From NCBI GenBank assembly GCA_039586365.1, contig JBDHKN010000001.1:32001-96000 (forward strand): a stretch of DNA of 64,000 nt. Reading direction: 5' to 3'. The first letter of the stretch is position 1; every line of letters begins with the position of its first letter. The notes beneath the pieces were generated by a model, which saw only the letters and a program-made list of their open reading frames with translations, ran no database searches and was not told the DNA's origin. Positions 30,753 through 40,896 of this stretch are shown here, piece after piece. Position numbers and translations under genes: made by a program. Source of the DNA: Gemmatimonadota bacterium. Lineage in GTDB: Bacteria > Gemmatimonadota > Gemmatimonadetes > Gemmatimonadales > GWC2-71-9.

Positions 30753-31573
30753 CCACGCCGAGACGGACCGCGACTGTGATATTCCATAAGGACGGCGATC
30801 CGGCTTCAAGGACATTCCGGATTCCCCTGTGGACGTTGCGACTCGGCACGATCGTCGGGATTACCATAGGAGCCCTCCTGGTCTTGGGCGCCGTTCTCTA
30901 CACTCCCCTGGTACGAACTGCTGCGAGGGTCCCGGGACTAGTGCATGATGTCGAGCAACTGACGGCCGAAAACCAGCAGGTCTTGGAGGTCGTCGCGCGG
31001 CTAGAGCATGTAGAAGATCGCTACGAGCAAATAAGGAGCATGCTGGGTGGCGATTTGGTACCCGAGCTGCAAAGGCCGGAGGGCGCGCTGACTACGGCAC
31101 GACCCCAGTATGCTCGTGCGCCTGGCGCGCCAGCGTGCTATGAAGCTGGTGCCACAGTCCCTCGGCATTGGCCGCTTGGTCAGCCCGGAGTTGTCACTCG
31201 TGGCCCAGTCGGCGCAGGTAGTTCGGAGGAAGTCCATGCGGGTCTCGATATTGCCGTGGCGCAGCGGACGCCGATAAGAGCGGCGGGTGGTGGTATGGTC
31301 AGCGGTGTGGGTGACGATCCGGAGTATGGCCTTTTCGTCAGGATCGACCATCCGGAAGGCTACCAGACAATGTATGGACACGCATCGCGGCTGTTGGTGT
31401 CACTCGGTGACTCCGTGCACGCGGGACAAGTCGTGGGGCTTTCCGGCACGACCGGTAGGTCAACTGCCCCGCATCTACATTTCGAGGTCCGCCGAGACGG
31501 TCAGCCGATCGACCCCAGTGCATTGGTGAGTTTGGAGTGTACGTATGGCGATATTCTCGTCCGTGGAGGGTGA
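30749..31573 (+). CDS. Membrane-anchored M23 metallopeptidase
   Basis: N-terminal TM and coiled coil; HAGLD (HxxxD) and STAPHLHFE (HxH). Confidence 0.92.
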   Translation: MTTPRRTATVIFHKDGDPASRTFRIPLWTLRLGTIVGITIGALLVLGAVLYTPLVRTAARVPGLVHDVEQLTAENQQVLEVVARLEHVEDRYEQIRSMLGGDLVPELQRPEGALTTARPQYARAPGAPACYEAGATVPRHWPLGQPGVVTRGPVGAGSSEEVHAGLDIAVAQRTPIRAAGGGMVSGVGDDPEYGLFVRIDHPEGYQTMYGHASRLLVSLGDSVHAGQVVGLSGTTGRSTAPHLHFEVRRDGQPIDPSALVSLECTYGDILVRGG

Positions 31574-31988
31574 CGGTATGGCAAACAGCCAAGGACGTGG
31601 TCAGGGTCGGGATGCCGCTCTGTCAATTGTCGCAGGCGATCTGACGGTAATCGGTGAATTGAAAACCGACGGCGTCGTCAAAGTGGATGGCGTGGTCGAA
31701 GGCAATGTCAAGGCCGGACGCCAAGTGCTGGTTTCCAGGGGTGGAGTTGTCAAAGGAGATCTCTTCACGAACGAAGCCATCATCGGGGGCCGCGTTGAGG
31801 GTTCTATACATGCGGCCGAGCGCGCGGAGATCCAAGCGACCTCGACGGTGCAGGGCGACATCGTGACCAAGAGGATCTTGGTTCATGAAGGCGGAGAGGT
31901 TAACGGCAATGTGAGGATGGGAGATTCAAAGGCTCTCAGCCGTACCTCGGAACCGGCCGTCAAGGCGGTGCACGCCTCGTCCAAATAG
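31545..31988 (+). CDS. Bactofilin (polymer-forming cytoskeletal protein)
   Basis: SIVAGDLTVIGEL...VDGVVEGNV...GRVEGSI..VQGDI..GGEVNG beta-helix repeats. Confidence 0.93.
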   Translation: MAIFSSVEGDGMANSQGRGQGRDAALSIVAGDLTVIGELKTDGVVKVDGVVEGNVKAGRQVLVSRGGVVKGDLFTNEAIIGGRVEGSIHAAERAEIQATSTVQGDIVTKRILVHEGGEVNGNVRMGDSKALSRTSEPAVKAVHASSK

Positions 31989-32213
31989 GTTCCTATCACC
32001 CAGCGACTGACAAGCGGCAGAGGTTTCCACACCCCAATGTGAATTGCCTGAGGATTAAGCACTTAAGATATTGTAAGTAAGATACTTAGGAAATGCAAAA
32101 CAAAGCCACCTTCAAGCCAATGACGCGTCGTTGTTGCGACTGTGTCTCGTCGCTGCCTTTTCCCACAGAGTTCTCTCGCACTGCAGCCTGCCGGACCAAG
32201 GTCCCGACTGCCA

Positions 32214-32972
32214 ATGCCAGCTGACCTGAGCGAGCTCACCTCCTATCTAGACGGATATCTCAGGGTCGCCGAAGTGGCGGATTCCGAGAGGGCGCTCAAC
32301 GGCCTGCAACTGGAGAACTCAGGTACCGTTTCCCGTATTGCGGTGGCCGTGGATGTATGTCAGGTGACCATCGACCGAGCTGCAGAAATCGCTGCGGACT
32401 TGTTGATCGTGCACCACGGACTCTTTTGGGGCGGTTTAGAGCCGCTGACGGGGCGGCACGGGCGGCGTGTCCGCAGCATGCTTGCGAGGGGGATCGCGCT
32501 CTACTCTGTGCACCTTCCTCTTGACCTGCACCCTGTGGTGGGCAACAACGCCGTGTTGGCACGGCAGCTGGGCGTTGAGGATGCCGTGTGGTTTGGAGAT
32601 CACAGGGGCCAGCCGTTGGGCCTGGCAGGCAATCTCGATTGTACACTTGTCGAACTCGCTGCGGCCGTGGGAGAGCTGCTGGGTGTCACTCCACACGTCA
32701 TTCCAGCGGGGCCGGAGCGGGTGAGTCGGGTGGGTGTCATAACTGGGCAAGGGGGTAGTCACATGAGGCAGGTCCTGCAAGCGGGCCTGGACACCTTTGT
32801 CACCGGCGAGGGCACCCACCACACGCACTTCGATGCGGAGGAGTGGGGTCTGAACGTGGTGTACGCCGGTCACTACGCCACCGAGACCGTCGGAGTCAAG
32901 GCCCTAGCCGGCCACTTGGAGGCGATCTTCGGCCTCCCTTGGGACTTCATTGACCATCCCACGGGTCTCTAG
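32214..32972 (+). CDS. Nif3-like dinuclear metal centre protein
   Basis: NGLQ, VHHGLFW, HLPLDLHP, GHYATE. Confidence 0.93.
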   Translation: MPADLSELTSYLDGYLRVAEVADSERALNGLQLENSGTVSRIAVAVDVCQVTIDRAAEIAADLLIVHHGLFWGGLEPLTGRHGRRVRSMLARGIALYSVHLPLDLHPVVGNNAVLARQLGVEDAVWFGDHRGQPLGLAGNLDCTLVELAAAVGELLGVTPHVIPAGPERVSRVGVITGQGGSHMRQVLQAGLDTFVTGEGTHHTHFDAEEWGLNVVYAGHYATETVGVKALAGHLEAIFGLPWDFIDHPTGL

Positions 32973-33000
32973 ACCGGTCGCTGTTCCGCTACACGCCCTA

Positions 33001-33303
33001 TCACCTCGTTAGCGGTACCACGAATCGCACTGTCAGGTTCTCTGCGGTCTGGGGTGACACCCGGCAGAAGCACTTCTCGCCGATGAGTCGTTTGACTCCC
33101 ATGACCTCCGACTCATCGATGCTCGGTACCTCCTTGAACTCTATCTCGAAGGTCTGTCCCGCGATGACCCGGTATACTACCGGCCGCCCGACCAGGCGAT
33201 GGTGCGTGTCAACGGCAGCCATGCCCTGTTGCAGCCGTTGCTGGATCTCGGCAAGCCGGGCCCTCAGCACTGGATCAGTTACCACGGCTAATACGTCTGA
33301 CAC
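33001..33303 (-). CDS. Hypothetical protein
   Basis: 100 aa ORF with GGAG SD, overlapping the end of queG; globular-looking sequence. Confidence 0.7.
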   Translation of the reverse strand: MSDVLAVVTDPVLRARLAEIQQRLQQGMAAVDTHHRLVGRPVVYRVIAGQTFEIEFKEVPSIDESEVMGVKRLIGEKCFCRVSPQTAENLTVRFVVPLTR

Positions 33304-34250
33304 GGCTCCTCTTTCGCGAAGTTGGCAGCGGCGATCCGAGCGTTGCGGCTAATCCCCGCAGCACCAGTGCGTTCCAACGGTGTCCAGCCATACCGCCGGG
33401 CGAACTCCAACTCGTCGATCTCCGTTAGTGCTCTCAGATCGAGTAACGCGAGCGACGGGTCTAGTTCGAGTGCCACCGACGTGGACGGGCGCGCAAAGCT
33501 CTTGTTCCAGGGACACACGTCTTGGCAAACGTCGCAACCAAACACCCAGTCACCCATCTTCGCGGCCTGCTCAGTCGGGACCTCGCTCTTTAGTTCAATC
33601 GTCAGATACGAGATACATAGGCGTGCGTCCAGCAACCGTTCCTCAGGAAAGGCACTTGTTGGACAGGCTTCCAGACAGAGCCGGCAGCTCCCGCACCGGT
33701 CTGCCTCGAAGGGTCGGTCAAGATCCAAGTCCAGGTTAGTGAGCACTGTCGCGACGAAACAGAAGGACCCGCGCTTGGGATCAATCAACATCGTGTTCTT
33801 CCCGATCCAGCCGAGACCCGCCCTCTGAGCCAGCTCTCGCTCAGGCACTGGGCCGGCGTCAACATACCACTTAGTAATTGTACTCGCGTCACCAAGCGAT
33901 CTGATGAACGAGGCCAATTGCTGGAGCGGGCCTTGCAGAGACTTGTGGTAATCCCGGCCCCTGGCGTACTTGGCGACTCGCCCAAAGCCCGGCTTGGGAA
34001 TGGGATCCTGATTGAAGTGACTCACTGTGATTACGACTGCGCGGTGCGCGCCAGGCAGTATCCGGGCAGGCTCCCAACGGCGTGCAGCTTGGCGCTGCAT
34101 ATAGGTCATGGTTCCTGCCATTCCCTGCGCTAGCCACTCACGCAGCCGCTCGCCGTGCGGCACCGGGCTGAGGTCGGTGACCCCGACAGTGTCGAATCCG
34201 AGCTGGAGGGCGTGTTCCTTGACCAACGTGGCCCTCGTGTTCGGCGTCAT
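33288..34250 (-). CDS. queG: Epoxyqueuosine reductase QueG
   Basis: YARGRDYH, AGLGWIGKN, CGSCRLCLEACPT, CISYLTIE, GCDVCQDVCPWN. Confidence 0.96.
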   Translation of the reverse strand: MTPNTRATLVKEHALQLGFDTVGVTDLSPVPHGERLREWLAQGMAGTMTYMQRQAARRWEPARILPGAHRAVVITVSHFNQDPIPKPGFGRVAKYARGRDYHKSLQGPLQQLASFIRSLGDASTITKWYVDAGPVPERELAQRAGLGWIGKNTMLIDPKRGSFCFVATVLTNLDLDLDRPFEADRCGSCRLCLEACPTSAFPEERLLDARLCISYLTIELKSEVPTEQAAKMGDWVFGCDVCQDVCPWNKSFARPSTSVALELDPSLALLDLRALTEIDELEFARRYGWTPLERTGAAGISRNARIAAANFAKEEPCQTY

Positions 34251-34540
34251 GAGTGCATCACTTCCCGGCGCCAGCGGGCGAAGCGCAGGATGTCGTCGAC
34301 CGAAGGGAGCGCGCCTTCGTCTCCATACATCGTGTGCATTCGCCACTGCAGGTATTCCCTAGGGGGGAGGGGCAGGAAGGGGGGAATCCGGTACCAGACA
34401 CGCGCTCGGAAAGCCCACGCCAAATGCAACAGATCGACAGCAATCCGTGGGTTTCCTAGCGCGCGTATGGACAGCTGAATTGTGAGACGCCACCAACTAC
34501 TGGTGGTGTCAAGAGATTGCTGAGCAGTATCTTGACTCAA
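34247..34540 (-). CDS. Small conserved hypothetical protein
   Basis: PPFLPLP..EYLQWRM.T.YG; stop overlaps the queG ATG (ATGA); start estimated at TTG 34540. Confidence 0.7.
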   Translation of the reverse strand: MSQDTAQQSLDTTSSWWRLTIQLSIRALGNPRIAVDLLHLAWAFRARVWYRIPPFLPLPPREYLQWRMHTMYGDEGALPSVDDILRFARWRREVMHS

Positions 34541-34712
34541 CTGACCCCCCGCGATTGCGCAGTTGATCTCGTCGCACTCTTCGTCTGGCAGAGTGTTTTT
34601 CGCCAAGTCACGTCCCCGTGCGCCCAAGGTGTAACCTCACCGGTGTCTCAATCTCAGGTTCCGTCGCTGGTCAGCCTGACTCACCTGCAAGTCATCACTT
34701 ATATTGGCGTCC

Positions 34713-35864
34713 ATGACTGATGCTTCCTCATTTGGCAGCCATGCGTTGGCCCACTACAGAGATGAGTTCCCGATACTCAATAAGCAAATCTACCTCAATA
34801 CTTGCTCTTTGGGTGCACTGTCGCGACGGGCCCAGCAGCGCGTCGCTGGCTTTCTTGAGACGTGGCACTCGCGAGGAGCTTCCGCTTGGTACGATGACTG
34901 GTGGCAGGCGCTCGGTGAGTTACGCGCCGGCTATGCCGAGGTCATCAATGCAAGAGCGGACGAGGTAGCACTGCACGCCTCCATCTCGACGGCAGCCGCT
35001 GTTGTCGGAAGCTCGTTGGACTATGTGTCACGTCCCAAGGTAGTCACTACAGCCCTGGATTTTCCGACAGTGGCATACCAGTGGCTCGCCAAGCAGCAGG
35101 AAGGTGTTGAGGTGGTGGTCGTAGAAAGCCCAGACGGTATCTCCATACCAATCGATGCAATCGCGGCAGCGGTGGATGAGAGAACTGCGCTCGTGGCCAC
35201 CTCGCACGTGTTCTTCACGACGGGTGCAATACAAGACATCAGGGCTGTGGCAGATGTTGCGCACAGCAATGGGGCACTGTGCTTTGTCGACGCGTATCAG
35301 AGTGTGGGCCAGGTTCCCTTGGACGTGCGGCTCACCGGAGTCGACTTTCTTTGCGCTGGTGGCTTGAAGTGGCTGCTTGGGGGTCCGGGCATAGTGTTCC
35401 TGTATGTGCGTGCTGACCTAATCAGAGAACTCCATCCCAGCGTGACCGGGTGGTTTGCCCACAGCGACCAGTTCGCTTTCGATCCGCGGCGCATTGCCTG
35501 GCATGATGATGCTCGACGGTTCGAACTAGGTACACCTTCTCTTGCCGCAGTGTTCGCGCAACTCGGTGGCTTGGAGATCATACGTGAAATCGGCGTTCCG
35601 ACCATCAGGACAGTGGTGGCTGAGCTGACTGAAGACCTCGTGCAGCGTGCACGAGAAACGGGACTGCGGCCCAAGGTTGCTGACAGACCGGAGGATCGTG
35701 CCGCGATAGTCATGCTCCCAAGTGACGAGCCTCACAAGCAGGTTGCCAAACTCGCGGCTCGCGGTATCGTAGCTGATGCTCGGCCCGGGCACGTGCGCGT
35801 CTCCCCGTTCTTCTACAACCTGAAGGAAGACAATGTCGCAGCAATCCAAACACTCCGATCCTGA
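34713..35864 (+). CDS. PLP-dependent class V aminotransferase (kynureninase-like)
   Basis: YLNTCSLG, DFPT, DAYQSVG, GGLKWLLGGPG, RRFELGTP. Confidence 0.9.
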   Translation: MTDASSFGSHALAHYRDEFPILNKQIYLNTCSLGALSRRAQQRVAGFLETWHSRGASAWYDDWWQALGELRAGYAEVINARADEVALHASISTAAAVVGSSLDYVSRPKVVTTALDFPTVAYQWLAKQQEGVEVVVVESPDGISIPIDAIAAAVDERTALVATSHVFFTTGAIQDIRAVADVAHSNGALCFVDAYQSVGQVPLDVRLTGVDFLCAGGLKWLLGGPGIVFLYVRADLIRELHPSVTGWFAHSDQFAFDPRRIAWHDDARRFELGTPSLAAVFAQLGGLEIIREIGVPTIRTVVAELTEDLVQRARETGLRPKVADRPEDRAAIVMLPSDEPHKQVAKLAARGIVADARPGHVRVSPFFYNLKEDNVAAIQTLRS

Positions 35865-36594
35865 CTCTCGCATCTCAACGATCGAACCCCGGACCGCTGA
35901 TGAACGACTTTTCCAGCCTCCGAGCATCGCTGAGCGCCGTGCCTTCGTCGATACAGATCCATGGCGGGCGCTGCGGATCCTGGGCGAATTCGTCGAGGGT
36001 TTTGATGAACTCGCAGACGTTCGTGCCGCCGTCACTTTCTTTGGATCGGCACGTATGCCACCTGAGGATCCCATGTATCAGTTGACCATGGAGACGGCGC
36101 GGCGATTGGGCGAACGCAACTTCGCTGTTATCACAGGTGCCGGGGGTGGCATGATGGAAGCAGCCAACCGAGGTGCTCAAGAAGCGGGGGCGTTGTCAAT
36201 CGGCCTGAACATCGAACTACCAGAAGAGCAGTCGGTGAATTCCTACGTTGACCGGACCGTTAACTTCCGATACATGTTCGCTCGCAAGACGATGCTTGTT
36301 AAGTACTCGTCTGCCTTCATCTTTCCACCAGGTGGATACGGCACACTTGACGAACTTTGTGAGGTGTTGACGTTAAGGCAAACGATGAAGATCGGTGATA
36401 TCCCGATTGTGCTAATGGGACAGAAATACTGGTCTGGATTCATCAATTGGCTGCAAAAGGTCGTCAAGGTCGAAGGGAAGATAAGCCCAGAAGATCTGCA
36501 TCTCTTCGAGGTGACCGACAGTCCGGCACGGGTTGTCGAGATTGTGCTGCAAAGCTGGCGCAAACGCGTGGCGAGATCGGAGTCAAGTATCTGA
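35833..36594 (+). CDS. LOG-family Rossmann-fold protein (TIGR00730)
   Basis: FGSAR, MEAANRGA, IELP.EQ, PGGYGTLDE. Confidence 0.92.
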   Translation: MSQQSKHSDPDSRISTIEPRTADERLFQPPSIAERRAFVDTDPWRALRILGEFVEGFDELADVRAAVTFFGSARMPPEDPMYQLTMETARRLGERNFAVITGAGGGMMEAANRGAQEAGALSIGLNIELPEEQSVNSYVDRTVNFRYMFARKTMLVKYSSAFIFPPGGYGTLDELCEVLTLRQTMKIGDIPIVLMGQKYWSGFINWLQKVVKVEGKISPEDLHLFEVTDSPARVVEIVLQSWRKRVARSESSI

Positions 36595-36613
36595 CCGATA
36601 ACAGGAAGATTAG

Positions 36614-37759
36614 ATGACTGATAATAAGGTCCGCTTGCTGAGCGGCCAGAGGATTGAGCCGAAGCCGATCACGGGCAAAGAGACTGCCGCTGAGTTGATA
36701 GACAACTCGTTCCACGCGTACAACGCTGGTCGCCTCAGGGAGGCCTGTCAACTCTTTGTCCGGCGCATGCTGGCCGACGATACCACGGTTGGGATGAGTC
36801 TTTCGGGGGCGCTAACGCCGGCCGGGATCGGGATGTCAGCAGTAATCCCCTTAATCGAGTCTGGTTTCGTTGATTGGATCGTATCAACAGGTGCCAATCT
36901 CTATCACGATGCGCACTTCGCACTGGGTTTCTCCATGCATCGGGGATCACCTTTTGTTGATGACCGAGCACTGCGTGAGGCTGGTGTTGTTCGTATCTAC
37001 GATATCCTCTTCGACTACGCCGTCCTGCTGCGGACCGACAGATTCATCCGGGAGATCTCACTCCGCGCTGAGTTTCAGCGTGCGATGACCACGGCGGAGT
37101 ACCACTACCTACTCGGTGGGTACTTGAAGGAACGTGAACGGGCCCTCGGCTTGACCCACAAGTCTCTTCTTTCGGTGGCTCACGAATGTGGCGTTCCCAT
37201 TTACACGTCGTCTCCGGGGGACTCTTCAATAGGGATGAATGTTGCGGAGCTGGCGTTAGAGGGCCACGCCCTGTGTTTTGACGTTTCAGCGGACGTGAAT
37301 GAGACTGCAGCGCTAGTCCTTGCGGCGAAGCAAGGTGGCGGTAAGAGTGGCGTATTCATCATAGGTGGTGGCAGTCCCAAGAACTTCGTTCTTCAGACCG
37401 AGCCACAGCTCCAGGAAGTGCTCGGCATCCAAGAGTATGGACATGACTACTACCTTCAGATTACCGATGCCCGTTCAGACACGGGGGGACTCTCCGGAGC
37501 GACGCCGAGTGAAGCTGTGAGTTGGGGCAAGGTGGACCCGGATGAGCTGCCGAACGCCGTTGTTTGCTACCTCGATAGCACGGTTGGCCTGCCGTTGCTC
37601 ACAGCGTATGCGTTGGCCCACCGCAAACCGTGCAAACTGAAACGCCTTTATGATGTACGAACAACAAGTTTGGAACGACTGCGGCAAGAGTATAATGCAG
37701 CGCGAGCCTTCAGGGATGCCCGTGTGACCGAAGAGAAGCTGCCAGGAATTGACCCCTAG
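36614..37759 (+). CDS. Deoxyhypusine synthase-family protein (probable homospermidine synthase)
   Basis: [38 protein letters not shown] (catalytic Lys). Confidence 0.92.
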   Translation: MTDNKVRLLSGQRIEPKPITGKETAAELIDNSFHAYNAGRLREACQLFVRRMLADDTTVGMSLSGALTPAGIGMSAVIPLIESGFVDWIVSTGANLYHDAHFALGFSMHRGSPFVDDRALREAGVVRIYDILFDYAVLLRTDRFIREISLRAEFQRAMTTAEYHYLLGGYLKERERALGLTHKSLLSVAHECGVPIYTSSPGDSSIGMNVAELALEGHALCFDVSADVNETAALVLAAKQGGGKSGVFIIGGGSPKNFVLQTEPQLQEVLGIQEYGHDYYLQITDARSDTGGLSGATPSEAVSWGKVDPDELPNAVVCYLDSTVGLPLLTAYALAHRKPCKLKRLYDVRTTSLERLRQEYNAARAFRDARVTEEKLPGIDP

Positions 37760-39435
37760 AGGGAGGGTGGCGTAGACATCTCTTCCATATCCCGATGAAA
37801 GGCCGAGTTCAGCTCGGCCTCAGCGCGGTAGGCTGCTATCTCTGCCTCCTTCCGCTCCGGGTCCCACCCCATTTCAGCTGCAGCCAAGTCTGCGATTCTG
37901 GCGATGTACTCGGTTCCGTGCCCTGAAACCTCATGAAACACATGTGTGCGGCGGATAAGGAGATCTCCCAGCGTAATCGCCATTTCTCGGCGAATGGCGT
38001 GCACCAGTTCTGCAAGTATCGCAGGATGGCTTGGGAAGACAGGTTCGGCCAGCTCTGGTTCAGAAATGGCCAGGCGTGTCACTGCCGGTGACTCGCTCCC
38101 GTAGGATCTCACTAGGTGTTCTGCCAGTTCACGGGAGAACCCTTCCCGCTCAGCTTCCTCTACCAGCACTTGGAGGTCGTGTGCCTCTCCACCTGGGAGC
38201 GGCTCTTGCTCGGTGCCTGGCTTGAGGCGGATGTGCCTACCGTCCAGCTCATGGAGCTGAGCAAAAACACGGTCCACGGTCTGCGCTGCAATAGCTCTGT
38301 ATGTTGTGAGCCTGCCGCCAACGACCGAAATGAGACCGCTTGGTTCGTCCAGGATTCGGTGCTCGCGACAGATTGAGCTCGGGGGGAGTCGATTCGCTGG
38401 AGCTACGAGCGGACGTACTCCCGTCCACGTGGAAACAATGTCAGCGGGGCCAAGGCGCGCGTCGGGGAAGAGCGCATTTGCCGACCGCAGCAGGTAGATG
38501 ACGTCATCGGACTCAGCATAGATCTCATCCGGCGAATAATCACAGTCGGTGTCCGTGGTTCCGATGTACGACAGCCGCCCGTGGGGGATGATGAACATTA
38601 CGCGACCGTCGATCGGCGAGAGAAAGGTCACTGCTTCCTTGTTGCCCATTCTCTGGCGAGGAACGCTTATGTGTACACCCTTGGTCGGTCGTAGCACGGG
38701 TGCCCTACCCTCCTGGCCTCGCAGTGTATCCGACCAAGGTCCTGTGGCATTGACGACCGTGAGAGCACGAATGGTGTGCTGCTGTCCGGTCGTGAGATCC
38801 GTTACCAACGCTCCTCGCACTCGTCCGTCAGCGTTGTCTAGTCGATCCACTTGCACGTAGTTCGCTGCCAGCGCACCATGTCGATGTGCGCTCCGGACTG
38901 TTGCTAACGTCAATCGAGCGTCGTCACACTGAGCGTCGTAGTAGCGCGCTCCGCCGAGTAGGTCCCGGTCTTTCATTCTGGGTTCAGCAGCCCGAATGGC
39001 TCGTCTGCTGAGGAGTCGGTGGTGACCCACGCTGCGGAAAGCTGCTAGCAGGTCGTGCAGCCAGAGTCCAGCAGCAAGCCTCCAAATGGATATCCGTCCG
39101 CCTCTGTGTAGCGGGACGAGAAACGATCGTGGCCAAACAAGATGTGGAGCGATTCTCAACAGGATGTGACGCTCTCGAATGGCTGCCAGCACGAACTTGA
39201 AATGACTCTCTTCCAGATATCGTAGCCCCCCGTGCACCAAGCGGGATGAACGGCTGCTTGTACCCGCTCCGAAATCCCCTTTGTCGATCAGAGCAGTCCG
39301 AAGGCCCCGCATCGCGGCGTCTCGAGCGATGCCGGCACCGGTGATGCCGGCTCCAATCACCAGGAGTTCCACCGGTTCCAAAACCAAGGCCGCAATGTTA
39401 CTTGAGCGCGTCTGATGCGAGAACTCTAGTTCCAC
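37756..39435 (-). CDS. glpD: FAD-dependent glycerol-3-phosphate dehydrogenase
   Basis: [46 protein letters not shown]. Confidence 0.92.
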   Translation of the reverse strand: MELEFSHQTRSSNIAALVLEPVELLVIGAGITGAGIARDAAMRGLRTALIDKGDFGAGTSSRSSRLVHGGLRYLEESHFKFVLAAIRERHILLRIAPHLVWPRSFLVPLHRGGRISIWRLAAGLWLHDLLAAFRSVGHHRLLSRRAIRAAEPRMKDRDLLGGARYYDAQCDDARLTLATVRSAHRHGALAANYVQVDRLDNADGRVRGALVTDLTTGQQHTIRALTVVNATGPWSDTLRGQEGRAPVLRPTKGVHISVPRQRMGNKEAVTFLSPIDGRVMFIIPHGRLSYIGTTDTDCDYSPDEIYAESDDVIYLLRSANALFPDARLGPADIVSTWTGVRPLVAPANRLPPSSICREHRILDEPSGLISVVGGRLTTYRAIAAQTVDRVFAQLHELDGRHIRLKPGTEQEPLPGGEAHDLQVLVEEAEREGFSRELAEHLVRSYGSESPAVTRLAISEPELAEPVFPSHPAILAELVHAIRREMAITLGDLLIRRTHVFHEVSGHGTEYIARIADLAAAEMGWDPERKEAEIAAYRAEAELNSAFHRDMEEMSTPPSL

Positions 39436-39600
39436 TGGACTATCCGTAGTGAAATAGGACCTGGCGAGGCACTGAACATTGGTTGCGCGTCTTGGATGCT
39501 CACGGTCGGATCCGTATGATGACACCTTGTATGATGGGTCTCAGGGTCATCCTGCCACAAGTAGTGTTCAGTCTCGCTTCATCTAGGTAGCTTTTTCCCG

Positions 39601-40896
39601 ATGGTTGCAGCAATAGCCAGCCGCCGAGTTGCGATCGTAGCGGGGTGCCGCACCCCGTTTTGTAAGTCCGGCACTGAACTCAAGAATGTGTCGGCGGTTG
39701 ATCTTGCCCGACAAGCTGTAGTCGAGTTGGTGCACCGGTCCAACCTCGATGGGAATATCGTTGACGAGATGTATTTCGGGCAGGTGGTTGCCAGTCCTCT
39801 TGCGCCCAACCTGGCCCGGGAGGTCAGTCTGCTGCCCCAATTTCCGAAGCACGTTGCCGCAGCTACGACAAACCGGGCGTGCGCCTCCTCAAATCAGGCG
39901 ATCGTGCTGGGTCACGACCAAATCCTACTTGGCCATGCTGACGTGGTAATAGCGGGTGGAGCCGAAAGCCTCTCTGATATTCCGATCCTTCACTCACGGC
40001 GCCTCTCGGAAGTCCTGGTCCGGTTGAACCGCGTCAAGGGCACGGCTGAGCGCGTGAAGCTGGTGATGTCTCTACGGCCTAGAGACCTGGTGCCTGTTAC
40101 ACCAGCGATAGCTGAGCCATCCACGGGTGAATCGATGGGGAAGTCGGCAGAGAAGATGGCCAAGCTGAACCGGATCACTCGCGAAGCTCAGGACCAGTTC
40201 GCATTACGGAGTCACCGACTGGCCGCCGCCGGTAGGCAAGATGGCCGTCTCACGGCTGAGGTTTTCCCTGTATTCGATGCGAGTGCTCACGGCGTGACCT
40301 CCACCGACAACTGCATTCGGCCAGACTCCACGCTGGAACAGATGGCGAAGCTCGAACCTGTATTTGACAGGCGTTACGGAACGGTAACCGCGGCGAACTC
40401 GTCCCTGCTGACGGACGGAGCTTCCGCCGTCCTGATCATGAGCGAGGAAGCTGCACGCGCGCTGGGCTATGAGCCCACCGCTCTCATTCGGTCATACGCG
40501 GTTGCAGCATTGGATCCGGGGGATCAACTCCTCATGGGGCCGGCCTTTGCTATACCAAAGGCATTGGACCGGGCTGGTCTAAGTTGGGATGACATAGGGC
40601 TGATTGAGATGCACGAAGCGTTCGCCGCACAAGTCCTGTCGAACATCCAGGCGATCGAATCCAAATCGTGGGCTGTAGAGAAACTCGGGCGTCCCGCGGC
40701 AATTGGAGAGGTAAACTGGAAGACACTCAACGTAATGGGTGGATCGATAGCAATCGGACACCCATTTGGTGCTACCGGTGCACGTATCACTCTGACGCTT
40801 GCTAATGAGATGAAACGCCGCGATATCCAGTTTGGCCTGATTTCAGTATGTGCACAAGGCGGGATGGGATTCGCTATGATTCTTGAGCGAATCTGA
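39601..40896 (+). CDS. fadI: 3-ketoacyl-CoA thiolase FadI
   Basis: RACASS, HEAFAAQ, GHPFGATG, CAQGG; coupled to fadJ. Confidence 0.9.
   Translation: MVAAIASRRVAIVAGCRTPFCKSGTELKNVSAVDLARQAVVELVHRSNLDGNIVDEMYFGQVVASPLAPNLAREVSLLPQFPKHVAAATTNRACASSNQAIVLGHDQILLGHADVVIAGGAESLSDIPILHSRRLSEVLVRLNRVKGTAERVKLVMSLRPRDLVPVTPAIAEPSTGESMGKSAEKMAKLNRITREAQDQFALRSHRLAAAGRQDGRLTAEVFPVFDASAHGVTSTDNCIRPDSTLEQMAKLEPVFDRRYGTVTAANSSLLTDGASAVLIMSEEAARALGYEPTALIRSYAVAALDPGDQLLMGPAFAIPKALDRAGLSWDDIGLIEMHEAFAAQVLSNIQAIESKSWAVEKLGRPAAIGEVNWKTLNVMGGSIAIGHPFGATGARITLTLANEMKRRDIQFGLISVCAQGGMGFAMILERI

Noticed and set aside
34486..34600. Run of four hairpins suggesting a riboswitch upstream of the PLP enzyme
   Set aside because: Two lie inside the minus-strand CDS starting near 34540, the downstream gene looks leaderless, and I recognise no aptamer motif.
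39465..39578. ACTGAACA/TGTTCAGT inverted repeat and GTATGATG direct repeat between glpD and fadI as a MITE
   Set aside because: Repeats are short, there is no target-site duplication, and no second copy in the window.
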